In this document: positions 11,853 through 23,513 of the stretch, piece after piece
How positions within the stretch are numbered: the stretch's first letter is position 1
Layout of the letters: each line of letters starts with the position of its first letter
NCBI RefSeq assembly: GCF_006345805.1
Contig: NC_043019.1
Span: forward strand, 806,001-870,000
Reading direction: 5' to 3'
DNA length: 64,000 nt
Source of the DNA: Octopus sinensis
Taxonomy: Eukaryota
Translations under genes and position numbers: made by a program
Notes under the pieces: model-generated
Databases searched by the model: none
Told to the model about the DNA's origin: nothing
The model's input: only the letters and a program-made list of their open reading frames with translations

Positions 11853-12022
11853 TCTTAAACCCAGCGCATAACTTGACACTCTTAAACACTATTAAACCCA
11901 GCGCATAACTTGACACTCTTAAACACTATTAAACCCAGCGCATAACTTGACACTTTTAAACACTCTTAAACCTAGCGCATAACTTGACACTCTTAAACAC
12001 TCTTAAACTCAGCGCGTAACTG
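11853..12022. repeat. 37-bp minisatellite, about 4.5 copies, inside the helicase relic
   Basis: The CCCAGCGCATAACTTGACACTCTTAAACACTATTAAA unit recurs at 11860, 11897, 11934, 11971 and 12008. Confidence 0.95.
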
Positions 12023-12602
12023 ACGCTAAAACTGGGTGTTCCCTTTATGTTGCTTAGGAATCTTGACCATCTCACCTATGTAATGCAACTCGCGTAAATG
12101 TTACTTCCACGAGGCCCCATGTCCTACAGGCAACAATCATTACAAGTATTCACAAATGAAAAAATGTCTTTATTCCAAAAATTCCTCTGACACCTAAAGA
12201 TGTTCCATTTGAAATTAAGATGTTTTGTTTCCAGTCAAACTAAGTTTTGGTATTTCAATTAACAAACCTCCTGGTCATCCCTAAAGCTCGACGCACTTGA
12301 TCCCTCTACTACATGCTTCTTCCATGGCCAACTCTATTTTGGTTGCTCCCGAGTTGCAAGCAGAAACAATTTATTCATTTCGACACCAACAAAAATTATA
12401 CGATGAATATTGTTTACCCTGAGGTGCCTCAACATTGGCAGATTTTCAGGTCTAAATTCTTTTTATCATTAAAATTTGGATATTTTAAAATATAATGTAG
12501 ATATTTTGAAATAATTATGAGAAAATATCTTTATGTTTATTGCTTACTAATCTGAATAAGAACAGCTGAAACCCGGGCAACGCGGGGTCCTTCAGCTAGT
12601 AT

Positions 12603-12792
12603 ACTCTTTTTACTCTTTTACTTGTTTCAGTCATTTGACTGCGGCCAACTCGACCCAGGGACTTATTCTTTGTAAGACCAGTACTTATTCTATCAGTCTC
12701 TTTTGCCGAACCGCTAAGTGACGGGGACGTAAACACACCAGCATCGGTTGTCAAGCAATGCTAGGGGGACAAACACAGACACACAAACACAG

Positions 12793-12827
<35 letters not shown>

Positions 12828-12998
12828 CATATATACGTCAGGCTTCTTTCAGTTTCCGTCTACTAAATCCATTTACAAGGCATTGGTCGGCCCGGGGCTA
12901 TAGCAGAAGACACTTGCCCAAGATGCCACGCAGTGGGACTGAACCCGGAACCATGTCGTTGGTAAGCAAGCTACTTTCCACACGGCCACTCCTGCGCC
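12603..12998 (-). mobile_element. SINE family A (internal deletion)
   Basis: Reverse complement of family A, immediately after the Helitron CTAG end. Confidence 0.9.
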
Positions 12999-13299
12999 TA
13001 TATATCATATATAAATGTAACAGTTGTAAAATATAACAGTATTATATTTGACATGGTGCAAATATTATCTAGTATAGTGATAAGCTGGTGAGAGTGTGTG
13101 TATATACATATACATATACATACATACATACATACATACATACATACATACATACACACACATAATATATATTATATATATATATATTATATATATATAT
13201 TATATATATAAAGAAGGCAAAGAAATTTGTTTGCCTTCTCACATATCTTTGCCTTCTATTTTTACTCACTTTTCATTTCATTATGACCTTGTCATTCTT

Positions 13300-13344
13300 C
13301 AATCTATCTATCTATCTATCTATCGATATCTATCTATCTATCTG

Positions 13345-13423
<79 letters not shown>

Positions 13424-13424
13424 C

Positions 13425-13473
<49 letters not shown>

Positions 13474-13475
13474 AT
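13300..13475. repeat. (CTAT)n tetranucleotide array
   Basis: Directly visible. Confidence 0.95.
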
Positions 13476-14180
13476 ATATATATATATATATACTTCATTT
13501 CGTTCAACGTTCCACGACTACGGAAGCAATAAATATCAACTCTTTATATAGCGTTCAGTTCAATCTCAGCATGTCGTGATGGATACGATGTGAACTACGT
13601 GAAGGAAGGGCAACTTTCTGGTATATTGTATTTAAACGTAGCTCGAACGAAACACCGCCAATATAACTGAAATCTTTTCATTGAATCACTGCAATATATT
13701 TGCTCGGCCAGAAAGCCAAAGGTCTGACAGTCTATTGTGTTTTAAGTGATGTTTTTGCTGTATTGTATCAAAAGCTATGGTGTGTCGTCTCATATAATTG
13801 AGATTTCACTCTAATTAGCTAGCCTAAGAGTCCTGAGGATTATTGAGAACTGACATAAATATGAAATCATTGTGAATATTCCTGCATTTAATAGGTCTGA
13901 ATGTTTCTCTAATTTCAGCGTACAGCGTCAACGTCAATAACAGACATAGCAAAAACTAGCTTGGAAGAAAACAAATGTAGAAATGTAGATACAGATAGTT
14001 ATATCGAAAATAAACGCTAAGAAATACTTAATGGCAAGATGTAGTATTGTACATCAACTAGTTTACATCTAGATGTATGTATGTATGTATGTATGTATGT
14101 ATGTATGTTATGTATGTATGTATGTATGCATGTATGTATATATGTGTATAAACAGACACAGACATACATATACATACATT

Positions 14181-14345
14181 CATGGGTGGGTGTGTGGTAA
14201 GTAACCTGCTTATCAACCACATGGTTCCGGGTTAAGTCCCACTGCGTGGCACTTCGGGCAACTGTCTTCTACTCTTGCCTCAGGCCGGGCCAAGCCCTGT
14301 GAGTGGATTTGGTAGAAGGAATCTGAAAGAAGTCCGTCGTATATA
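14181..14345 (+). mobile_element. SINE family A, diverged 5' half
   Basis: GTGTGTGGTAAGTAACCTGCTTATCAACCACATGGTTCCGGGTTAAGTCCCACTGCGTGG. Confidence 0.8.
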
Positions 14346-14347
14346 TA

Positions 14348-14391
<44 letters not shown>

Positions 14392-15159
14392 ATGTGCGTG
14401 TGTGCATGTGTGTCTGTGCGTGAGAGAGAGAGATATATATAGAATGAAAGAAGGTGTGTGTTGTTATGCATGTATTTTTGCATATATGTGTAAGTGGCAC
14501 TGACTTGCTTTCTCTCTCTCTCTCTCTCACTCTCTCTCTTTCTCTTTCTCTCTGTCACACACACACTATCTTTCATATACACGTACATAAAGACACATGC
14601 ATACATCATTTGTGTATCTATGTGTGTGTGTCTATGTGAGAGAAAAAGTGAGCATCTGCCTTTCTTCATAATATATAGCGAAATGGATATATTTTAAGGT
14701 ACACACTCACAAAGAAAATGAAGTTGTCGTCGTGGTATAAAATGTCATTTAGTAAAGTCGGATTATAGAAATACCGTGAATGGAAATAAATGGTGTCCAA
14801 GCCTAGTATTGTTGAAGGAGGGGTGAGTCGGGTCACTTGACTCTAGTACTGAACTGCTATTTGTTTTATCCTCTCCGGAAGTATGCGAAACAATTTTCAT
14901 CTCGGCGGAATTTGATATCAGAACATACAGACGCGACGAAATGCCGCAAATCACTTGACCCGACCGGCTAACGATTCCGCCAGTTCAGCGTCTCAGGGTA
15001 ACAAAATTTCGCAAGATATTTTCTCAGATGCTCTAAGGTTCCTTGCAACTTATAATTCTATTGGTTTCTAATCCTTTCTACCACAGGCACAAGGCCTGAA
15101 ATTTGGAAGAGGGGCATAGCCAATTACATCGACCCCCCACCACCCGTAAAGCTAAAAGC

Positions 15160-15712
15160 AAAGTCAACTTCGGCGGAATTTGAACTCAGAACGTATAGCG
15201 GCAGACGAAATACCTATTTTTTTACTACCCACAAGGGGCTAAACACAGAGGTGACAAACAAGAACAGGTAAACGGATTAAGTCGATTATATCGACCCCAG
15301 TGCGTAACTGGTACTTAATTTATCGACCCCGAAAGGATGAAAGGCAAAGTCGACCTCGGCGGAATTTGAACTTAGAACATAGCGGCAGAAGAAATACCTA
15401 TTTCTTTACTACCCACAAGGGGCTAAACACAGAGAGGACAAACAAGGACAGACAAAAGGATTAAGTCGATTATATCGACGCCAGTGCGTAAATGGTATTT
15501 ATTTAATCGACCCCGAAAAGATGAAAGGCAAAGTCGACCTCGGCGGAACTTGAACTCAGAACGTAGCGGTAGACGAAATACCTATATATTTACTACCCAC
15601 AAGGGGCTAAACACAGAGAGCACAAACAAGGACAGACGAACGGATTAAGCCGATTATATCGACCCCTACGCATTTCACCCGGCGTGCTAAAGTTTCTGCC
15701 AACTCGCCGCCT
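15160..15712 (-). mobile_element. Head-to-tail multimer of SINE family B (Meta/MESC-domain-like)
   Basis: About three units of roughly 180 bp containing GGTCGACTTTGCCTTTCATCCTTTCGGGGTCGATAAATTAAGTACCAG, joined by AAAGAAATAG/GTATTTCGTC junctions. A single 5' head lies at 15667-15712. Confidence 0.85.
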
Positions 15713-16430
15713 TTGTACTGGTTTTACTAATTATTGAATTTTGAGTAGAAGACGGAGTCGGTTTAAATCAAACTCAGTGCAGGTTGGTTCATATTTTATT
15801 AATACAGGGATGGATGTAAGGATTATCGACTTTAGGTGGGTTCGAAATCAGAATATACAATTCCGTAACTAAACACTGCAAGGTCTGACAAATTTACGAA
15901 TTTTCCCATAGTTAATTACATCACAATGTGTCTAGTTGACCGTTTCAATATATATACATGTGTGTATGTAAGCGTGTAAGTATGTAGATACGAATATGTA
16001 AGCATGTATGTAGGTATATATATACACTGCTGTATTTGTGTGTATGTGTGGGTGTGTGTGTGACTCTGTGTGCGTGTGGGTGTTAAAGAAGAGAGAGTTA
16101 CTTCAGACCTTACCGTAAAAAATTAGACCGTTTAAGTACGTCCGACTGTTCTGCCTTAATATAGAGATATTGCTGGATTACCCGTACAGGAATGACAGCC
16201 ACGTTTCACTTTAGCAAATTATTCTCGTGAATTACGCACATAGAATACAGAGTGCAGCTGCTTTAGATCAGGAAATTAGATTTAGATGGAGATTTCATGA
16301 TTGTGTGTGGCTCCTTAAGATATTTCGTTGCCAACCAAATAATACAGAACATAACGAAAATCAATGCAAAATCTGTGTGAACAATTATTACAGAGCACAC
16401 AGCAGATGCAGATGTGTGCATCTATGTATG

Positions 16431-16476
<46 letters not shown>

Positions 16477-16522
16477 GGGAGTTTAATTGTGTATGCTTGT
16501 TGTATATATGAACATACGTACG

Positions 16523-16569
<47 letters not shown>

Positions 16570-16621
16570 TGTATATATATATGTATGTATATATATATAT
16601 ATATATGTATATATATGTATA

Positions 16622-16659
<38 letters not shown>

Positions 16660-16709
16660 TATATATATACATATACATATATATATACATTATATATGTA
16701 TGTGGCTGC

Positions 16710-16742
<33 letters not shown>

Positions 16743-16798
16743 ATATGTACATATATACATATATGCATATGTATTTATATATAATATATATGTATAAC

Positions 16799-16840
<42 letters not shown>

Positions 16841-17385
16841 TATATATATACGCAGACGCACAAATACATATACATATACATATATGTTTTGAGAATGAGA
16901 GAGAAAAAAACAGAAAGAAAAGGGCAGAAAGATGAAGAGAAAGGCAGAGAAAGGGAGAGAGGGAGGGAGGTAAAGATAGGGATAGAGAGAGAGAGAGAGA
17001 CCGGCAGAAAGCTCACTTTTTATATTGAACATTCTTCGAGACACAAATATATATAACCAACAGAATTCTTTCGATTTCGTTGCAATTTCCTTTTTGAAAC
17101 GGAGTAAGAAAATGCTTTTAGGCTTAATATCATTTCTCTATAACAATACTTCCATACTTTTTGTCCGTTTGATATTATCTGTTTCGTATTTTCTCCCCCC
17201 CCCCCCCCTTTTTCTTTTGCAAAAATTGCCTTCTCTCTGTTTGCCTGCAAGTTGCCTGGAATTTCCTGTGCTGTTTAATAATCAATATTGACGTTTGTGA
17301 TTCAAAATAGAATAGTTTTCACTAACAATTATATACGTTCGTTTATTCAGATATCAAACAAAAGCCGTAGACTTTCAGCTAAGGC

Positions 17386-17473
<88 letters not shown>

Positions 17474-17670
17474 GTTTATCTATTTATTTCTGTTGAACGG
17501 GCTGCTGTTTCCATTTTATTATGGATAAATGGACATTGGATGGGAAATGCAATGCATAATGGTATTTTGAAATAAACAACAAATCGTATCCACCTGAGGC
17601 TCCAATATCAATATCAATATAACAATATCAACATATATACACGTTTATATATATATATATATATCAATAA

Positions 17671-17743
<73 letters not shown>

Positions 17744-17871
17744 CACACACATGTATATATATACATATATATAATATATATATATACATACATGTATATA
17801 TATATATATAATATATATATATATATACATACATGTATATATATAAACTCTCTACCTTATTCTCTTTCTCC

Positions 17872-17903
<32 letters not shown>

Positions 17904-18322
17904 GCATATATGTACATATATGTATGTATATATACGTGTTTATGTGTGCGTGTATGCACGCGCATGGATAGACATTATTATATTGTATTGCTGTTGTTAA
18001 TGTAATTGATATTATTATCAATGATAATAATTATTATTTCCAATTTTGACAGGTGACCAGCAATCTGCAGGGCCGTGGGTCTGCTGTGAAAATCGACCTC
18101 AGTACTCAGCTGGTATTATTTAATGAACCTCGAAAGTATGATAGGCAAAATCAAACACAGCGGTGTCTGAACTCGGAATATGAAGAAGTACAAAACGCCG
18201 CTATGCATTCTTTTCACTATAGCAGCAAGGTTTCAAATTGGGCCATGTCGATTTCCACGACCCCAGCATGAAAGCGATTTTATCGACACTGAAAGCAGGA
18301 AAGTCAGTGACGATCTCAGGGC

Positions 18323-18403
<81 letters not shown>
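18323..18403. repeat. (AAT)n microsatellite 5' of the LINE
   Basis: Directly visible; further (AAT)n tracts at 20543-20585 and 20970-21045. Confidence 0.97.
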
Positions 18404-18405
<2 letters not shown>

Positions 18406-20541
18406 GATGATCTTAGAAGATTGTCACAAACGACACAAAAACTTATCAATAGCCTGGATAGACTATAAAAAGGCTTTTGATAGCCTACCACATAGCTGGA
18501 TTAGGAAATGCCTTGAAATGTATAAGATAGCACCAACTCTGCGAAACTTCTTGACTGTAAGTATGAGATCATGGAGAACCACACTAACTCTGAACAGTGA
18601 CAGTGAATCCCTAAATGCTGGTGATGTAAAAATTTCGTGTGGCATTTTCCAGGGTGACTCACTGTCACCACTCCTCTTTTGTTTATCCTTAATACCTCTC
18701 TCAAAGCTGCTCAATGACGCGCAGTACGGGTATAAAATGTTTGATAAAAATATAAATCATCTCGTTTACATGGATGATTTAAAGCTTTTTGCAAAAAATG
18801 ATCAACAACTCAAGGGCTTACTAGCGATAGTCAAACAATTCAGTGACGATATCAGAATGCAATTCGGCCTCGATAAATGTGCAAAGGCTACCTTTATCAA
18901 AGGAAAAATGACAGAAACATCTAACGTTAACCTTGACCAACAGAATGTCATAAAAGAACTAGACCCAGCGGAGAGCTACAAGTACCTAGGGATAATTGAA
19001 GGGAACGGAATAAGGCATTCAGAGATGAAGGAAAGGATCAGGAGAGAATGCTATCGAAGAGTGAGAGCAATACTCAAGACAGAGCTGAATGCAAGAAACA
19101 GGATCGAAGCAATCAATGCATTAGCTATACCAGTCGTGACTTACAGTTTCAATATTGTTAACTGGTCAATTACTGAAATATGCCAGCTCGACAGAAAAAT
19201 AAGGAAACTGTTGACAATGCATAGAATGCACCACCCTAAGGCAGATACAGAACGACTCTATCTGCCAAGAAAAGAGGGAGGCCGTGGTCTTTTGCAACTG
19301 GCAATAACAATGAATATTGCTACAATTAGCCTAGACACCTACCTGAAAAACTCTGAGGACTGGATGCTAAAACTTGTCTCAAAACATGAAAACAAGAAAG
19401 CATCATACTCAGTCACAAAACAGGCAAAGGAATATCTAAGTGAATTCCGAATACAACCAATTTCGGAATTAGAGATAGATATACAAGAAACAAGCACAGA
19501 AAAAGCTAGGCGCATGAAAACCCGTGCCAAAACTGCGGCCTTAGATATTCTGAATAATAAATGGCAAGAAAAACCTCTCTATGGCAAATACCCAAAGAGA
19601 GCGAATAATGCAGATATCGACAAAGCCCTGACCCATCAATGGCTAATGGCCTCTGGCTTAAAATCTGAAACAGAGGGGTGTATCATAGCAGATCAAGATC
19701 AATGCCTACCAACAAGAAACTACCAGGCCAACATATTAAAGATCAGAAGCAGTCCAACGTGTCGTGTATGCAAGCAACAAAATGAAACCATTGACCATGT
19801 GGTCTCCAAGTGCAGTCTTCTAGCGCCTACAGAGTATCTCAACAGGCACGATAGAGCTGCACAATATATTCACTGGGTAATCTGTAAAAACCTGGATTTG
19901 CCCCATGAAAAAAACTGGTGGGAACACAACCACCCCCAGTGCTTGAAAATGACCACATCTCACTCCTCTCTGGAACTTCACCATTCAAACTGACAGGAAG
20001 ATAGATGCAAATAGGCCAGACATCATATTGAAAAACTTCAAACAAAGAACATGCCTCCTCATTGATATGACTGTCCCAATCGATATAAACGTATCTGTCA
20101 AGACCTACCAAAAACTGAGCAAATATAAGATCTTGAAATAGAAATCAGCAAAATGTGGAAGCTGAAGACTAAAACAATACCTGTTGTCATAGGTGCCCTG
20201 GAATGATAGCAAAAGGGGCTGATAGCTACCTAACTCATACCAGGAAACCCAAAAATGGCAGAAGTTCAAAAGATAGTGCTCATGGGAACTGCTCATATCC
20301 TACGCAAAATACTCTCTATGTAATCTCAAGGTTTAACACAAACATAATTTTCGGTTTAAAAAAAAAAAAAAAAAAAAAAAAACCTTTTTCTTTTTTAACA
20401 TTCATTAGTACAACATCCCCACCCCCAAATATATGGCACACTAGGCATAACAACAACATGAACTTCCAACCCTGTTGTCTCTTGAGGTCTCTGGGTGAGA
20501 CTTGGAGCCAACTTGTACAAATATAAAGCAAAAGTCAAACA

Positions 20542-20542
<1 letters not shown>
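18404..20542 (+). mobile_element. 5'-truncated R4/Dong-like non-LTR retrotransposon (RT, CCHC, REL endonuclease)
   Basis: RT motifs IDYKKAFDSLPH, GIFQGDSLSPLLF, YMDD, GLDKC and YKYLG, then GGRGL and the CCHC knuckle CRVC...TIDHVVSKC plus RHD. After frameshifts come RPDIILK...LLIDMTVP...KLSKY.DL (PD..D REL) and IPVVIGAL, ending KILSM* at about 20322. It is flanked by (AAT)n. Confidence 0.92.
18407..19993 (+). CDS. Reverse transcriptase and zinc knuckle ORF of the R4/Dong-like LINE (N-truncated; REL continues after frameshifts)
   Basis: 528-aa ORF in the track with the motifs listed above. Confidence 0.9.
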   Translation: MILEDCHKRHKNLSIAWIDYKKAFDSLPHSWIRKCLEMYKIAPTLRNFLTVSMRSWRTTLTLNSDSESLNAGDVKISCGIFQGDSLSPLLFCLSLIPLSKLLNDAQYGYKMFDKNINHLVYMDDLKLFAKNDQQLKGLLAIVKQFSDDIRMQFGLDKCAKATFIKGKMTETSNVNLDQQNVIKELDPAESYKYLGIIEGNGIRHSEMKERIRRECYRRVRAILKTELNARNRIEAINALAIPVVTYSFNIVNWSITEICQLDRKIRKLLTMHRMHHPKADTERLYLPRKEGGRGLLQLAITMNIATISLDTYLKNSEDWMLKLVSKHENKKASYSVTKQAKEYLSEFRIQPISELEIDIQETSTEKARRMKTRAKTAALDILNNKWQEKPLYGKYPKRANNADIDKALTHQWLMASGLKSETEGCIIADQDQCLPTRNYQANILKIRSSPTCRVCKQQNETIDHVVSKCSLLAPTEYLNRHDRAAQYIHWVICKNLDLPHEKNWWEHNHPQCLKMTTSHSSLELHHSN

Positions 20543-20579
<37 letters not shown>

Positions 20580-20585
20580 GTAATA

Positions 20586-20966
20586 AAAGATCTTGAAATA
20601 GAAATCAGCAAAATGTGGAACCTGCAGACTAAAACAATACCTGTTGTCATAGGTGCCCTGGGAATGATAGCAAAAGGGGCTGATTGCTATCTATCACATA
20701 TACCAGGAAACCCAAAATTGGCAGAAAATCAAAAGATAGTGCTCATGGGAACTGCTCGTATCCTACACAAAATACTTTCTATGTAAGTTTTAAAACAAAC
20801 AATTTTCGTATATTTTTTTAGACATTCACTAGTACCACACTAAGTACAAAACCAAATATATAGCACCCTAGGCATAACACCAACATGAACTTCCAAATTG
20901 TTGTCTCTTGAGGTCCCTGGTTGAGACTTGGAGCCATCTTGTGCAAATGTAAAGCAACAGTCAAAC

Positions 20967-20968
<2 letters not shown>
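20586..20968 (+). mobile_element. Second, heavily 5'-truncated copy of the R4/Dong-like LINE
   Basis: KDLEIEISKMWNLQTKTIPVVIGALGMIAKGAD...KILSM* plus a 3'UTR similar to 20320-20540, between two (AAT)n tracts. Confidence 0.9.
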
Positions 20969-21045
<77 letters not shown>

Positions 21046-21295
21046 CGAAAATGTTGATTAGCGCTTGTCCGGCGAGGAAAGTGTCTGCCTTCAATCCTTC
21101 CATTCTGGTCCAGCACACTTCCTGATACGTCACTGCCACCAGAGAGAAAGCGGCAGGGTGCCATTCACGACAGACTTGGCTGACACACAAATCCAGGCCA
21201 CACTCGATACCAACTGTTCGACAAAGATCCACATGTCAGCAGTTTCCAGACACTGGTTGAGTGCATACAGAAAGGTTTAATCGCTCTGAGGTCAC
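21046..21295 (-). mobile_element. Tx1/L1-like ORF2 C-terminal fragment
   Basis: VAVTYQEVCWTRMEGLKADTFLAGQALINIF aligns by eye with AMAKECIWWTRLKGLETNTFLSGQSLINFF at 48874. Confidence 0.55.
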
Positions 21296-21299
21296 CTTG

Positions 21300-21525
21300 A
21301 ATATACCCTTCTTATTTCTTTACTGCCCAGAAGGGGTTACACATAGATGGGGACAAACAAGGACAGACAAACAGATTAAGTCGATTATATCGACCCCAGT
21401 GCGTAACTGGTACTTAATTTATCGACCCCGAAAAGATGAAAGGTAAAGTCGACCTCGGTGGAATTTGAACTCAGAACGTATAGCGGCAGACGAAATACCT
21501 ATTTCTTTACTGCCCACAAGGGCAG
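21300..21525 (-). mobile_element. SINE family B with the same tail-to-body junction as the 15.2-15.7 kb multimer
   Basis: Reverse complement reads CCTTGTGGGCAGTAAAGAAATAGGTATTTCGTCTGCCG followed by the body. Confidence 0.85.
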
Positions 21526-22019
21526 TAAAGTGTTTGATCGTTGAGCTCTGATTGGCTGTATGCAAATGAGGTCATACAGGGGGTCTGGAACTCTCGTAGG
21601 GAAAACAGTTTCGCTGCCCCGCTACAAATAGAAATCAAATGTCCAATTTCCAACGATCACATTACTCGACTGGCTGAGGGCTGTAATCGCTGACCAACAC
21701 TCCACATGCCACGCACACTGTCACGATCATAGATCATATCTCTGTGTTTTCACCTGTCTTTAAATATAGGAACACTTTGTCTTTTTTTATTTGTTTTAAT
21801 AAATGGGTGTCGGTAATCCTAGGGTACCGCCTTGAAAGTTTTACCCGAACAAATCAACCCTAGCACTCTTCAGGTCTTGTACTTGTTCTACCCGTCTGTT
21901 TAGACGTACTAAATTATGTAGAAATAAACCACAGTGGCTATCAAGCGGATAAACATAAACACACACGCGCCTATAAACACACACACACACACGTATATAT
22001 ATATATATAATATAAATAA

Positions 22020-22940
22020 TGTTGTTAGGACGGGCGCTCGACTCGACTCAGGACCTTAAGTCGGCGACGACGTCTACGCTCAGTCAAACGGAAATCCACC
22101 ACAGAAAACGGAAATGGGGAGCGACCGCAAACCTGTAACCGGAGACGACAACAACAAAGGCGAGAGACAGACAGCGAAAGGCAGTTGCTTACATTTAACA
22201 ATTTATATAATTTTACAACGTCAATTGAAACATGTCAAATACATTTAAGAACAAGGTTAACAGACATTTAACAATTTGTAACTTTACAAAATCAATCAAA
22301 CGTAGTACCGAGTTAAAAACAATCACTTGGTTGACATGCAACACAACACAGAATCACAACAAAGTCTTTCTCTTTCCTTAATGTTCTTTTCTCTCTCTTC
22401 TTTTAGAGACACAGAAAGTTCGTTCTCAATTTTCTTTAAACATTTACATGTTCTTTTTTTTTTTCTTAAACAGATTACACGTTCTTTTTACAGAGTCTCT
22501 TTTTCAAACATCATAATTCAACATTAAAGTCCAAACACAAATCGAAACATAAACAACAGTACGGAATGTTTCTGAACCCGCTATAGCAGTCCAGCTTCTT
22601 CGCATGTCATCTTCTTTCTAACTCTCGCCTGTCAATTTCTCATATTCTCTGCCCGTCTTCCTCGCCTCTTGCAAACTGTCATCTCCTGACTGGCTGTCTG
22701 CATCGACTCGCTGTCCCAACCGAACTCTTTTCCGGCCCCTCTAACACCAGTTCGTCGCATTTTAAAGGGTGGTATTTTTTTCAACTTTCCCTGACCCTGT
22801 AAGGGTCAGAGGTACTTCCTAAACTCATTAATTTTAATCTTGCCGTTGACAAGGCAAAGAACCATTATTTTTTTCCCCGTCGGTTCGAATCCAACCAACG
22901 GAACTAGGGCATAGCGTTTTTCCGTTTATTCATCTCCGTA
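22020..22940. mobile_element. Possible solo LTR
   Basis: Unique 0.9-kb block with sharp edges between (TA) tracts. It starts TGTTGTTAGGACGG and ends CTCCGTAAAA, an imperfect terminal inverted match. No internal domain or partner LTR is seen. Confidence 0.3.
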
Positions 22941-23063
22941 AAAATATATATATATTTGCATATATATATATTTTTAGTAGAAGAAATAGCTATAACTCTT
23001 TGACTGCTATTTCTAAATTCGGTATGTGGTAAGGCAATTCGTTGCTAAACCCTTTATTGCTTA

Positions 23064-23094
<31 letters not shown>

Positions 23095-23097
<3 letters not shown>

Positions 23098-23295
23098 CTT
23101 TACTACCCACAAGGTGCCAAACACAGAGGGGACAAACAAGGACAAACAAACGGATTAAGTCGATTATATCGATCCCAGTGCACGACTGATACTTAATTTA
23201 TCGACCCCGAAAGGATGAAAGGCTAAGTCGACCTCGGCGGAATTTGAACTCAGAAAGTAACGACAGACAAAATACGGCTACGCATTTTGCCTGCT
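23095..23295 (-). mobile_element. SINE family B, abutting a family C tail (23290-23403)
   Basis: Reverse complement of the family B body and tail. Confidence 0.85.
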
Positions 23296-23402
23296 CACTT
23301 AGCCACCGGGGTGGCGTCATTGAAGGCTAAAACCGTGCGAAGCGCATTGTGACCAGCGATGTGTAGCAACATCTGATGGCCGGTCGGTCACGTAATCACG
23401 TG

Positions 23403-23441
<39 letters not shown>

Positions 23442-23442
23442 G

Positions 23443-23513
<71 letters not shown>

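Larger units (their letters stand above)
10440..12599 (+). mobile_element. Degenerate, internally deleted RepHel Helitron
   Basis: Rep region: YANGEKQRLLCICNNQ..LRAKNDIHLQD, GSPRYMPE and PDLFVSFTCNPKW. Helicase region: ATFLNGG.TA.SVVKLPL, GGVIVVLAGDIRQTLQIIPKG, WLCERAILVPTN, QYPVEFL and LKLGVPFMLLRNL. The 3' hairpin cccgggcaacgcggg (12572-12586) is followed by CTAG then T at 12596-12600. The 5' boundary was not determined. Confidence 0.9.

Noticed and set aside
11853-12022. 37-bp and 19-bp (8563-8647) regular repeats as CRISPR-like arrays
   Set aside because: The units are contiguous with no unique spacers, there are no cas genes, and the context is eukaryotic.
13570-14015. Possible plus-strand small exons ([17 protein letters not shown]; RTASTSITDIAKTSLEENK)
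   Set aside because: Splice sites are plausible by chance only, with no consistent multi-exon frame or recognisable domain.
16227-17056. Long ORFs of IYIY/YIYI type (also 35429-35989, 50444-51064, 13096-13579 and many others)
   Set aside because: They are translations of (TA)n, (CA)n, (CATA)n or (CTAT)n microsatellites and carry no coding signal.
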